This document shows, in pieces, positions 34,742 through 45,550 of a stretch of DNA of 46,447 bases. Within the stretch, counting starts at the first letter, position 1; each line of letters begins with the position of its first letter. Below the pieces are notes generated by a model. It saw only the letters and a list, made by a program, of their open reading frames with translations, had not been told where the DNA came from and ran no database searches. Made by a program: the position numbers and the translations under genes. This DNA comes from Actinomycetota bacterium (GTDB lineage Bacteria; Actinomycetota; Acidimicrobiia; IMCC26256; PALSA-555). The stretch spans positions 1-46,447 of the forward strand of contig VGCA01000003.1 in NCBI GenBank assembly GCA_016870245.1, given 5' to 3'.

Positions 34742-35910
34742 CAGACTCCCAGATCCACACGGGGGTTGTCGGGCATGCTCGCGGCGAGGGCCTCCACGGC
34801 TGCCCGCTGCTCGTCGCTGAGCTCGGCCGGGACCTCCACCACGAAGGTCACGAGGAGGTCGCCGGGGTCGCCCTTGCCGGTCGCGATCCCGCGCTTCGAC
34901 ACCTTCACCGTGGTCCCGCTCTGGGTGCCCGGCTTCACCTTCACGGTGACCGGCTCGTCGAGGGTCGGCACCTTCACCTGCGCGCCGAGGGCGGCCTCGG
35001 CGAACGTGACCGGCACCTTCACGGTGAGGTTGGCCTTGCCCGAGCGGCCGAAGATCTCGTGGTGGTGCACGTGCACAGTCACGTAGAGGTCTCCGGGGGG
35101 ACCGCCGAAGCGCCCGGGCGCGCCGCGGCCAGCGACCTTGATGCGCTGGCCGCCCTGCACGCCGGCCGGGATCTTCACCTTGACCTCGCGGGGGCGCACC
35201 TCGACGCCGCGGCCCTTGCAGGTGCGGCACCTGTCCTTGACGATCGCGCCGCGGCCGCCGCACTGCGGGCACACCTGCGAGAACGAGAACGGCCCCTGGT
35301 CGACGATCACGTCGCCGCTGCCGTGGCACGTGGGGCAGACGTCGGGTGTGGTCCCCGCCTTCGCGCCGCTCCCGTGACACGCCGAGCACACCGCCTCACC
35401 GGTCAGGTGGACGCTGGTGGTGACGCCGTGGATCGCGTCCATGAAGTCGAGGTACAGCTCGGCCTCGAGGTCGGCCCCGGCCGCGGGGCCCTGCTGCTGG
35501 GCGCGCCGGCCTCGACGACCCCGGCCCCCGCCGGCACCCTGGTTGCCGAACAGGCCACCGAGGATGTCGCCGAGGCCGACGTCGTCGAAGTTGAAGGTTT
35601 GGCCGCCCGCGCCGCCGAAGCCGGCGCCGCCGAAGCCACCGGGGCCGAAGCCACCGGGGCCGGCGCCCGACGCAACCATCTCGCGGACCTGGTCGTACTC
35701 CTTGCGCTTCTCGGGGTCGCCGAGCACCTCGTTGGCGGCCGAGACCTCCTTGAAGCGCTCCTCGGCGGCGGCGTCACCGGGGTTGGCGTCGGGGTGGTAC
35801 TGCTTCGCGAGCTTCCGGTAGGCGCGCGAGACGTCCTTCTCGGACGCCGTCGATTCGACGCCGAGCACCTTGTAGTAGTCCTTCTCGAACCACTCACGCT
35901 GCGGTGCCAC
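34741..35910 (-). CDS. dnaJ: chaperone DnaJ
   Basis: HPD motif, G/F region and four CxxCxGxG repeats. Confidence 0.97.
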   Translation of the reverse strand: MAPQREWFEKDYYKVLGVESTASEKDVSRAYRKLAKQYHPDANPGDAAAEERFKEVSAANEVLGDPEKRKEYDQVREMVASGAGPGGFGPGGFGGAGFGGAGGQTFNFDDVGLGDILGGLFGNQGAGGGRGRRGRRAQQQGPAAGADLEAELYLDFMDAIHGVTTSVHLTGEAVCSACHGSGAKAGTTPDVCPTCHGSGDVIVDQGPFSFSQVCPQCGGRGAIVKDRCRTCKGRGVEVRPREVKVKIPAGVQGGQRIKVAGRGAPGRFGGPPGDLYVTVHVHHHEIFGRSGKANLTVKVPVTFAEAALGAQVKVPTLDEPVTVKVKPGTQSGTTVKVSKRGIATGKGDPGDLLVTFVVEVPAELSDEQRAAVEALAASMPDNPRVDLGV

Positions 35911-35951
35911 GAGTACCTGGGTGCCCTTCTCGGTACGGGTCGGGGAGCGGG

Positions 35952-36497
35952 CTAGCCGGAGACCTTGACCATCGCGGGACGCAGGACGCGCCCCTTGAGG
36001 CGGTAGCCCGACCGCATGGTCTCCACGACGGTCGGGTCGCCGTCACCGGGCTCGTGCAGGACGGCCTCGTGCACCTCCGGGTCGAACGGCTGACCGTCGG
36101 TCGGGATGCGCTCGAGGCCAGCCCGCTCGAGCACGGCCACGAAGTCCGCGTACACGAGCTCGACGCCCTTGCGGACCTTGTCGTCGGCGTCGTCGAGGTT
36201 CAACAAGGCCAGGTCGAAGTTGTCGAGCACGGGCAGCAGCTGCTCCACGAGCAGCGACGCACCCCGATCCGACGCCTCCGCCTGGTCGCGCTGGACGCGC
36301 TTCTTGTAGTTCTCGAAGTCCGCCTGGACCCGCTGCGCGAGCGCGCGCATCTCGTCACGCTCCCGAGCCAGGTCCTCGTCGACCGTCGACTCCGACATCC
36401 CGGAGTCGGCGAACGCCTCGGGGTCCCAATCCCCGCTCGGCGCGCTGCGCGCCTGGTCACCTGCGTCGTCGACGTCGTGATCGCTCGCCTCGCTCAT
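35952..36497 (-). CDS. grpE: nucleotide exchange factor GrpE
   Basis: QADFENYKKR, FDPEVHEAV and LRPAMVKV motifs. Confidence 0.95.
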   Translation of the reverse strand: MSEASDHDVDDAGDQARSAPSGDWDPEAFADSGMSESTVDEDLARERDEMRALAQRVQADFENYKKRVQRDQAEASDRGASLLVEQLLPVLDNFDLALLNLDDADDKVRKGVELVYADFVAVLERAGLERIPTDGQPFDPEVHEAVLHEPGDGDPTVVETMRSGYRLKGRVLRPAMVKVSG

Positions 36498-36546
36498 GAT
36501 TCCCGCTCCTGGCCCTGCGGGCCGGGCCGCTCGGGCCCCGCTCCGC

Positions 36547-38382
<1,836 letters not shown>

Positions 38383-38448
38383 GGGGTGTGCCTTTCGGAT
38401 TGGGGTCTGTGAGAAGGGTTCGGGGGCATGGGACAGCCCACCGACAAT

Positions 38449-38469
38449 CTTGAGTATGACCGTATCAAG
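38449..38469. promoter_or_regulatory. HAIR (HspR operator) upstream of dnaK
   Basis: CTTGAGT-N7-TATCAAG versus consensus CTTGAGT-N7-ACTCAAG. Confidence 0.85.
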
Positions 38470-38561
38470 TTTGATGAGCGGACTGCTATTCCCGCCCGCG
38501 CGGGGGATCCCCCGTGAAAGATGGGCGACAGAGAGCCCGGTCGCTGGCTAGATTCCGGCCC

Positions 38562-38987
38562 ATGGCCCAACGTGACGCGTCCATCGAGCTCCTGAGCCAG
38601 GTACCCCTCTTCTCGGCCTGCTCCAAGAAGGAGCTCCAGGCCATCGCCAAGCGGGCCCAGGACACCAACGTCCCGGCCGGCACGGCGGTGGTCCGGGAAG
38701 GCGAGGCGGGCGACGCCTTCTACGTGATCGTCTCCGGTCGGGCCGACGTCGACCGCAGCGGCACGGTCGTCGCCACCATCGGCCCCGGTGCCTTCTTCGG
38801 CGACCTCGCCCTGCTCGACCGGGCGCCCCGCAACGCGACCGTCACCGCCACGACCGACATGGAGCTCATCGTCCTCGGCCAGCGCGAGTTCACCGAGATG
38901 CTCGACGAGGCCGGCGGGTTCGCCCGCAAGCTGCTCGTGGCGCTCGCACACCGCCTGCGGGAGATGGACGCGACCACGCGCCAGTAG
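38562..38987 (+). CDS. stand-alone cyclic nucleotide-binding domain protein
   Basis: VPLFS, REGEAGD and FGDLALLDRAPRNATV motifs; no HTH. Confidence 0.9.
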   Translation: MAQRDASIELLSQVPLFSACSKKELQAIAKRAQDTNVPAGTAVVREGEAGDAFYVIVSGRADVDRSGTVVATIGPGAFFGDLALLDRAPRNATVTATTDMELIVLGQREFTEMLDEAGGFARKLLVALAHRLREMDATTRQ

Positions 38988-39058
38988 CCCGTCGGCCGTT
39001 CCGGCCCGAGACCGGCTCCATCCGGTACGAGGGTGGGAACCGCAGTAGTTTTCTGCCC

Positions 39059-41263
39059 GTGCGCCGACCCAAGCCGACCGAAGTCGTCATCACCGTCGGG
39101 CTGCTCGCGGCCCTCGGCACCATCTTCTCCGGGATCGCCCCGCGGGTGACGAAGTGGGAGGACGACTCCGAAGTCGCCCGCCACGTCTTCGTCAACATCC
39201 CCGACCCTCTCTACTGGCTCTTCTACGCGACCTCCGCCGTGATGCTGCTGGTGGTCGCGTGGCTCGTGTCGCAGCGGGTGCGCAACTACTCGCGCGGCAC
39301 CGCCGACGATCGGCGCACCACCAAGGCCAACGCCCACCGCCGGATGAAGGACTTCCGCGCCGGCGTGTGGATGCGCACGCTCCTGCGGGACCCCGCCGCA
39401 GGCGTGATGCACTCGTTCATCTACTTCGGCTTCCTCGTGCTGCTGGCCGCCACCATCATCCTCGAGGTCGACCACCAGCTGCCGGAGGGCCTGAAGTTCC
39501 TCCACGGCAAGGTGTACATGGGGTACGCCGCCATCGCCGACCTCTTCGGGCTCGTGTTCCTCGTCGGCATCGGGTGGGCGATCGTCCGGCGCTACGTCCA
39601 GCGTCCGTACCGGATCCGGATCAAGACCCGGCCCGAGGACGCGATCGTCCTGACCACCTTCCTGGTCATTGCGGTCACCGGCTTCCTCATCGAGGGCTTC
39701 CGCATCGCACTGGTCGGCCAGCCGTCGTTCGAGAAGTGGTCCTTCGCCGGCTACTCGCTCTCGAACCTCTTCGACGGGTTCGCGAAGGCCGACCTCGAGA
39801 ACTGGCACCGGGCGATGTGGGGCACACACTTCGCCGCGTTCGTCGCGTTCCTCGTGCTGCTGCCCACCACCAAGCTGCGGCACATGGTCACCTCACCGAT
39901 GAACATGTACCTGAAGGACAAGGACCGGCCCAAGGGCGCGATGAAGCCCATGCCGAACCTGATGGAGACCGAGCTCGAGACCTTCGGTGCGTCGACCATC
40001 GAGGACTTCACCTGGAAGCAGCTCTTCGACACCGATGCCTGCACCATCTGCGGGCGCTGCACGTCGGTGTGCCCGGCGCACGCGACGGGCAAGCCCCTCG
40101 ACCCGCGCGAGATCGTCGTGAAGGTCGGCGAGGTCATGGCCCGCACCGGCGACCCGCGGGTGTCACCGCCGGTGGGGGTCGACAAGGACATCACCGTCAC
40201 CGCCGACTCGGTGTTCGAGCGGATCACGTCCGAAGAGCTGTGGTCCTGCACGACCTGCAAGGCGTGCGACGAGATCTGCCCGGTCAACATCGAGATCCTC
40301 GACAAGATCCTCGACATGCGCCGGTACCTCTCCCTCATGGAGAGCGACTTCCCCGTCGAGCTGGGCAACACGTACCGCTCGATGGAGAACTCCTCCAACG
40401 TCTACGGCATGAACCAGGGCGAGCGCGGCGACTGGGCCGAGGCGCTCGAGGGTGTCGACATCGTCGACCCGTCGGCGGTGCTCGAGCACGAGTACCTCTA
40501 CTGGGTCGGCTGCGCGGGCAGCTTCGACGACCGCAACAAGAAGACGTCGCGGGCCGTCGCCAAGCTGCTCCGGCGCGCGGGCATCGACTTCGCGATCCTG
40601 GGCCCGAGCGAGCTGTGCACCGGGGATTCCGCCCGCCGATCGGGCAACGAGTACCTGTTCCAGATGCTCGCGATGCAGAACATCGAGACGCTGAACGCGA
40701 TGGGCGTGAAGAAGATCATCACGCAGTGCCCGCACTGCTTCAACACGCTGAAGAACGAGTACCCCCAGCTCGACGGCCACTACGAGGTGCTGCACCACTC
40801 CCAGCTGCTCACCGAGCTGGTCGACACCGGCAGGCTCAACCTCGTGGGCGCGTCGTTCGACGAGCGGGTCACCTACCACGACTCCTGCTATCTCGGTCGC
40901 CACAACGACGTGTACATGGCGCCGCGCAAGGTCATCGGGTCGCTCGCGGGCATCGACATCGTCGAGATGCCGCGCAACGGAACGAAGGGCATGTGCTGCG
41001 GCGCGGGTGGTGCGCGCATGTGGATGGAGGAGCACGTCGGCAAGAACGTCAACGTGGAGCGCGCCCAGGAAGCACTCGCCACGGGCGCGTCGCGGGTCGC
41101 GGTCGCGTGCCCGTTCTGCTACGTGATGCTCGAGGACGGCGTGAAGGGCCAGGGCAACGAAGAGGTCCAGGTCCAGGACATCGCCGAGATCCTCGTCGAG
41201 GCCATCGAGCGCGGCGAGCGCGCCGCCGCCCCCGCGTCCGCCGCCTTCGACCCCGGCCTGTAG
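39059..41263 (+). CDS. membrane Fe-S oxidoreductase (FadF/EtfD/HdrD-like)
   Basis: N-terminal TM helices, CTICGRCTSVCP and CTTCKACDEICP ferredoxin motifs, two CCG-type domains. Confidence 0.9.
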   Translation: MRRPKPTEVVITVGLLAALGTIFSGIAPRVTKWEDDSEVARHVFVNIPDPLYWLFYATSAVMLLVVAWLVSQRVRNYSRGTADDRRTTKANAHRRMKDFRAGVWMRTLLRDPAAGVMHSFIYFGFLVLLAATIILEVDHQLPEGLKFLHGKVYMGYAAIADLFGLVFLVGIGWAIVRRYVQRPYRIRIKTRPEDAIVLTTFLVIAVTGFLIEGFRIALVGQPSFEKWSFAGYSLSNLFDGFAKADLENWHRAMWGTHFAAFVAFLVLLPTTKLRHMVTSPMNMYLKDKDRPKGAMKPMPNLMETELETFGASTIEDFTWKQLFDTDACTICGRCTSVCPAHATGKPLDPREIVVKVGEVMARTGDPRVSPPVGVDKDITVTADSVFERITSEELWSCTTCKACDEICPVNIEILDKILDMRRYLSLMESDFPVELGNTYRSMENSSNVYGMNQGERGDWAEALEGVDIVDPSAVLEHEYLYWVGCAGSFDDRNKKTSRAVAKLLRRAGIDFAILGPSELCTGDSARRSGNEYLFQMLAMQNIETLNAMGVKKIITQCPHCFNTLKNEYPQLDGHYEVLHHSQLLTELVDTGRLNLVGASFDERVTYHDSCYLGRHNDVYMAPRKVIGSLAGIDIVEMPRNGTKGMCCGAGGARMWMEEHVGKNVNVERAQEALATGASRVAVACPFCYVMLEDGVKGQGNEEVQVQDIAEILVEAIERGERAAAPASAAFDPGL

Positions 41264-41266
41264 GCG

Positions 41267-41830
41267 CTACCTGAAGTTGAGGTAGTAGCGGCTCGGGGTG
41301 GGGCCGCGCTGGCCCTGGTACTTCGAGCCGGTGGCGCCCGAGCCGTACGGGTTCTCGGCCGCGGTGGTCATCTGCAGGAACGAGATCTGGCCGATCTTCA
41401 TCCCCGGGTAGAGCGCGATCGGCAGGTTGGCGACGTTGGACAGCTCCAACGTGAGATGCCCGTCCCAGCCGGCGTCGACGAAGCCCGCCGTCGAGTGGAT
41501 CAGCAGCCCGAGGCGGCCCATCGAGCTCTTGCCCTCGAGCCGGCCGACCATGTCGTCGGGGATCGCGATGCGCTCGAGCGTCGACGCGAGCACGAACTCG
41601 CCGGGGTGGAGGATGAACGCGTTGTCGTCGGCCACCTCGACCAGCTCGGTGAGGTCCTCCTGGGGGAGCTTCGGGTCGATGAACGGCGTGGTGTCGTTGC
41701 GGAAGACCCGGAAGTACCGGTCGATGCGCAGGTCGACGGACGACGGCTGGACCGCGCCCTCCATCATCGGGTCGATGACGATGCGGCCCTCGGCGAGTGC
41801 CGCGCGAATCGTGACGTCGGACAGGATCAC
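41267..41830 (-). CDS. dcd: dCTP deaminase
   Basis: [18 protein letters not shown] and STAGFVD motifs. Confidence 0.96.
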   Translation of the reverse strand: MILSDVTIRAALAEGRIVIDPMMEGAVQPSSVDLRIDRYFRVFRNDTTPFIDPKLPQEDLTELVEVADDNAFILHPGEFVLASTLERIAIPDDMVGRLEGKSSMGRLGLLIHSTAGFVDAGWDGHLTLELSNVANLPIALYPGMKIGQISFLQMTTAAENPYGSGATGSKYQGQRGPTPSRYYLNFR

Positions 41831-41861
41831 GGCCCGGAGACTAGCGAGATACGGTGGGCCG

Positions 41862-42218
41862 ATGTCCTACGAGGAGGTCCTCGACAACGTCGCCAAGATC
41901 GTGGAAGCGACGGGGGCGGCCATCCTCGTGCTCGGCGGGGCGACCATGCTCGCGATCTACCTCCGGCGGCTGCTCCAGCGAACGCCCGCCGCCTACACCG
42001 AGCTGCGGCGCAACCTCGGCCGCGTGATCCTCCTCGGCCTCGAGGTGCTGATCATCGGCGACATCATCCGCACGATCGCGGTGGACCCGACGCTGGAGAA
42101 CGTGGCGGTGCTCGGGGCGATCGTGGTCATCCGGATCCTGCTGAGCTTCTCGCTCGAGGTGGAGATCGACGGCGCCTGGCCCTGGAACCGCTGGCGGACC
42201 GACACCACCGGCGAGTGA
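41862..42218 (+). CDS. DUF1622-family membrane protein
   Basis: [18 protein letters not shown] and [14 protein letters not shown] patterns. Confidence 0.88.
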   Translation: MSYEEVLDNVAKIVEATGAAILVLGGATMLAIYLRRLLQRTPAAYTELRRNLGRVILLGLEVLIIGDIIRTIAVDPTLENVAVLGAIVVIRILLSFSLEVEIDGAWPWNRWRTDTTGE

Positions 42219-42244
42219 GTCGATCCGATACCATCGCCACCCTC

Positions 42245-42318
42245 GCGGGTGTAGTTCAGAGGCAGAACATCAGCTTCCCAAGCTGAGAACGCGGGTTCGA
42301 TTCCCGTCACCCGCTCCA
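42245..42318 (+). tRNA. tRNA-Gly(CCC)
   Basis: GCGGGTG acceptor stem, anticodon loop TTCCCAA, encoded CCA. Confidence 0.95.
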
Positions 42319-42439
42319 CGCATCGGGCCTGATCCGGGCCACTTCGCGCACCCCGTCAGGGGAGCGGTCGCACCGGCTGGCTCGAGGGGTCAGTGGGGCC
42401 ATACCACCGGCCTTTATGCTGATCCCAGAGGAGAGCCCG

Positions 42440-42697
42440 ATGCCCGACGACGACCTCAAGACCATGGTCCGCGAGTTCCGAGCGAGCGTCGCCGCGGACC
42501 TCGAAGCACAGCACCGGCGCATCGACGACCTCAGCGACGAGATCCGCCGTCGCATCGGAACCGCCGAGACCGCGATCGTCAACGAGATCCGCGACCTCGG
42601 CGGTCGCATAGACCGTCGGCTCGAGCGCGTCGAGATCCGCATCGGCGAGATCGACCTACGCGTCGACTCGATCGAACAGCACCTCGACCCGAGCTGA
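42440..42697 (+). CDS. small coiled-coil hypothetical protein
   Basis: GAGGAG RBS; heptads RIDRRLE/RVEIRIG/EIDLRVD/SIEQHL. Confidence 0.7.
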   Translation: MPDDDLKTMVREFRASVAADLEAQHRRIDDLSDEIRRRIGTAETAIVNEIRDLGGRIDRRLERVEIRIGEIDLRVDSIEQHLDPS

Positions 42698-42760
42698 CCC
42701 CGCTCAGGACGGTGGGGGCAGGCGGACGAGCAGGTGGCCCGGTAGGGGACGCGCTTGCCG

Positions 42761-42937
42761 ATGGGTGAGATCCTCCTCCCCCGCACCGACGGCGGCGTCT
42801 ACGCGCAGGCGCTGATCGTCTTCCCCGTCCTCGTCGTCGCGCTGGTGCTCGTGCGCCACGACCGCGACTGGCGGATCTTCGTGCTCGGCATCCTGACCAT
42901 GACGCTGGCCCTCTTCGGTGCCCGCGCGATGCACTGA
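42761..42937 (+). CDS. small two-helix membrane protein
   Basis: Two hydrophobic segments around RHDRDWR; GC3-biased codons. Confidence 0.65.
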   Translation: MGEILLPRTDGGVYAQALIVFPVLVVALVLVRHDRDWRIFVLGILTMTLALFGARAMH

Positions 42938-43113
42938 GCCGCCCGGCCGATCACCTCGGAGGACGGATTCACCGCGGCTCGGGTCGGACGGGTCGCGTGA
43001 CCCGTGGTGACCTCGGGCCCCGTCGACCCAGGTCGATCGCCTCTGGCGGTTCGGGCCTCCCACACGCACCTTGGTGGGGGTTGTGCTACGGCCTCGAAGC
43101 GGGGTTGCTGACG

Positions 43114-44616
43114 ATGCGTCGACGTTCGGTCATCATCCTGTGCGGAGTCTTGGCGTTCGTTGCCGCCGTTTCGGTGGAGACGACGGCGGCGGCACCGGCA
43201 GAAGAGGTGCCCGCCATCGTGCTGGAGCTCGACACCGCAGCCGGGGACTCTCCGCTGCGCCGGAGCACGCTGTTCCCCCCCATCGCGCTCGATCCCGATG
43301 CGCCGGGCGATCGTTGGCCAGCGGCGGCTGAGCTGACGATCTCGCGCGACTGCTGGGACGGCCCCTGCGAGGAGAACCGGCCCTACACGGTGACCGAGTC
43401 CGTGGAGTTCGAGGGCTTCTACGACCGCAAGGCCAGGACGCTCACCGGAACGGTGGTGCACAGCCAGCAGTCGGACCAACCCGAGGTGCGCCTCGGTGCC
43501 GGGGGCGTCGAACAGCTCGAATCCCAGACGATCGTCCGGACCACCGGGGAGCTCAACGCGACGTGGTCCGAGGCGGAGCGGCGGTTCTCCGGGACGATGG
43601 CGGGCACGGAGACGACGACGAGCACCTACTGGGACTACGAACCCGGACCGGGCTTCCGGGGCCGCCACCAGGAGTCCCGCCCGACCAAGACCCGAGACGT
43701 GACGTGGTCCGTGCGATCGGCGCCGCTGGACGATCCGCTCGAGGTGACGGTCCCGGCCGGGGGCGAGGGGGGCACGGGCACAGCCGCCGGCGGAACCGAC
43801 GAGACCGGGGCACCCGCCGACGAAGGCGACGATGCCTTCCCGTACCTGGTGGTGATCGCCGCGCTCCTCGTCGCCCTCGGCATCGCCGCGGCGGCCGTGG
43901 TGATGGCGGCCATCCGCCGGTCTCGCCGCGCCAAGCGAGAGCGCCCAGAACGGCGAGGCGGGCCGACGCTCGACCTCACCTTCCCGGCCGGCGCGAGCCC
44001 GAAGGTGTTCACGGAGGGCTGGGTCTTCGGGGCTCGGTGCATCGCGAACGCCGGAACACCCGAGCAGGTCGACCTCTCGGACGAGGTCGAGTGGTCGGGC
44101 TCCGGGACCTTCACTCCTCCGGTCGGACGGCGCAGCCGCCCCACGTTCGGCGGCCCCGGCGCCAACACCATCAACTTGACCGCGAGCTACGAAGGCCAGC
44201 CGGTGACGCGCTCCTTCACGGTGCAGGCCGTCTCGCCCGCCGGGTACGCCCACGTCGGCAGCCGGGCCCGGTGCCCCGCCGACGCGCACGGTGGGCCGTG
44301 CTGCCCCCATGACGTCAAGGGGCCGGTCGCGGAGGGCAGCCCGACGGTGCTGGTCGACGGCCGCCCGGCAGCCCGGGTCGGCGACGGCGGCTTCCACGAC
44401 ACCGACCCACTCTGGGTGGAGCGCAAGTTCGATGAGCTCCATAGCAAGATGCATGACGCCATGGACGGGGGCGACCCGGTGTTCTTGCGGTGCTGCGGTT
44501 CGAACACGTTCACGGTCGCCGCGGGTGATCCCGAGGTGCTCATCGACGGACGGCCGGCAGCCCGCATCGGCGACGGGACGAAGCACTGCGGAGGGATCGG
44601 CACCCTCGTGGGATGA
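43114..44616 (+). CDS. single-pass membrane protein with C-terminal PAAR domain
   Basis: Signal-peptide-like N-terminus, TM helix at 43843-43914, then GSPTVLVDGRPAARVGD and VLIDGRPAARIGD repeats with Cys/His residues. Confidence 0.85.
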   Translation: MRRRSVIILCGVLAFVAAVSVETTAAAPAEEVPAIVLELDTAAGDSPLRRSTLFPPIALDPDAPGDRWPAAAELTISRDCWDGPCEENRPYTVTESVEFEGFYDRKARTLTGTVVHSQQSDQPEVRLGAGGVEQLESQTIVRTTGELNATWSEAERRFSGTMAGTETTTSTYWDYEPGPGFRGRHQESRPTKTRDVTWSVRSAPLDDPLEVTVPAGGEGGTGTAAGGTDETGAPADEGDDAFPYLVVIAALLVALGIAAAAVVMAAIRRSRRAKRERPERRGGPTLDLTFPAGASPKVFTEGWVFGARCIANAGTPEQVDLSDEVEWSGSGTFTPPVGRRSRPTFGGPGANTINLTASYEGQPVTRSFTVQAVSPAGYAHVGSRARCPADAHGGPCCPHDVKGPVAEGSPTVLVDGRPAARVGDGGFHDTDPLWVERKFDELHSKMHDAMDGGDPVFLRCCGSNTFTVAAGDPEVLIDGRPAARIGDGTKHCGGIGTLVG

Positions 44617-44732
44617 GACGCCTCAACGCGGCATCACGCCGCGCGGCGGGTCGGCAGCCTCCGAGCGCGACCCACTCGACGACACCGGGGCGGGGCGTCG
44701 CCGGCGACGGACCGTCCCGATAGTCTCCGCTC

Positions 44733-45527
44733 GTGGACCTGAGCCTGGGGGGGCGGGTCGCGGTCGTGACCGGCGGGAGCCAGGGGATCGGCCGCGAGAT
44801 CGCGCGGTTGTTGGCGGCCGAAGGCGCGGATCTCGTGATCGTCGCCCGGCGCACCGAGGTGCTCGAGCGCACCGCGGCCGAGCTGCGGGCCCTGGGCCGC
44901 CGGGCGATCGCGGTCACCGGCGACGTCGCGACCCCCGACGGTCCCGCGGCGATCGCCGATGCAGCACTCGCGGAGTTCGGGCACGTCGACATCGTGATCA
45001 ACAACGCGGGGAAGGGCCACAACAAGCCACTCGAGGCGCTGACCGACGACGATTGGCAGGCGAGCCTCGACCTCAACCTGATGAGCGCGGTGCGGATGTG
45101 CCGTGCGCTGGTGCCGCAGATGCGCGCACGCGGGTGGGGGCGCATCGTCAACATCTCCACCCGCGTCGCGCTCGAGCCCGACCCGTACTTCGCCGCGTAC
45201 GGCGCGTCCAAGGCCGGGCTGGTGAACTTCTCGAAGAACCTCGCCAACGCCTATTCGCGCGACGGGGTGCTCACCAACTGCATCGTGCCCGGGCTCATCC
45301 GCAGCGAGGCGATCGATCAGGCGGCCGAGAAGTCGGCGGCCGAGACCGGCCTCAGCGTGGAGGAGGTGATGGCCCGCACCCTGAAGAAGCGGCCTATCCC
45401 CGCCGGGCGCCTCGGCGAGCCGGCCGACGTGGCCGGGCTGGTCGCATTGCTCTGCTCCGACCGTGGCTCCTGGATCACGGGCGCGTGCTTCACCATCGAC
45501 GGCGGCATCGTCCGCTCCGACCGGTAA
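44733..45527 (+). CDS. SDR family oxidoreductase
   Basis: TGGSQGIG, NNAG and YGASK motifs. Confidence 0.93.
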   Translation: MDLSLGGRVAVVTGGSQGIGREIARLLAAEGADLVIVARRTEVLERTAAELRALGRRAIAVTGDVATPDGPAAIADAALAEFGHVDIVINNAGKGHNKPLEALTDDDWQASLDLNLMSAVRMCRALVPQMRARGWGRIVNISTRVALEPDPYFAAYGASKAGLVNFSKNLANAYSRDGVLTNCIVPGLIRSEAIDQAAEKSAAETGLSVEEVMARTLKKRPIPAGRLGEPADVAGLVALLCSDRGSWITGACFTIDGGIVRSDR

Positions 45528-45550
45528 CACCGCGGCCGCAGGGGACGACG

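Noticed and set aside
35600-35670. 15-bp repeats inside dnaJ
   Set aside because: They encode the normal Gly/Phe-rich linker
42290-44730. attL/attR duplication of the tRNA-Gly 3' end
   Set aside because: No convincing repeat found by eye downstream within the window
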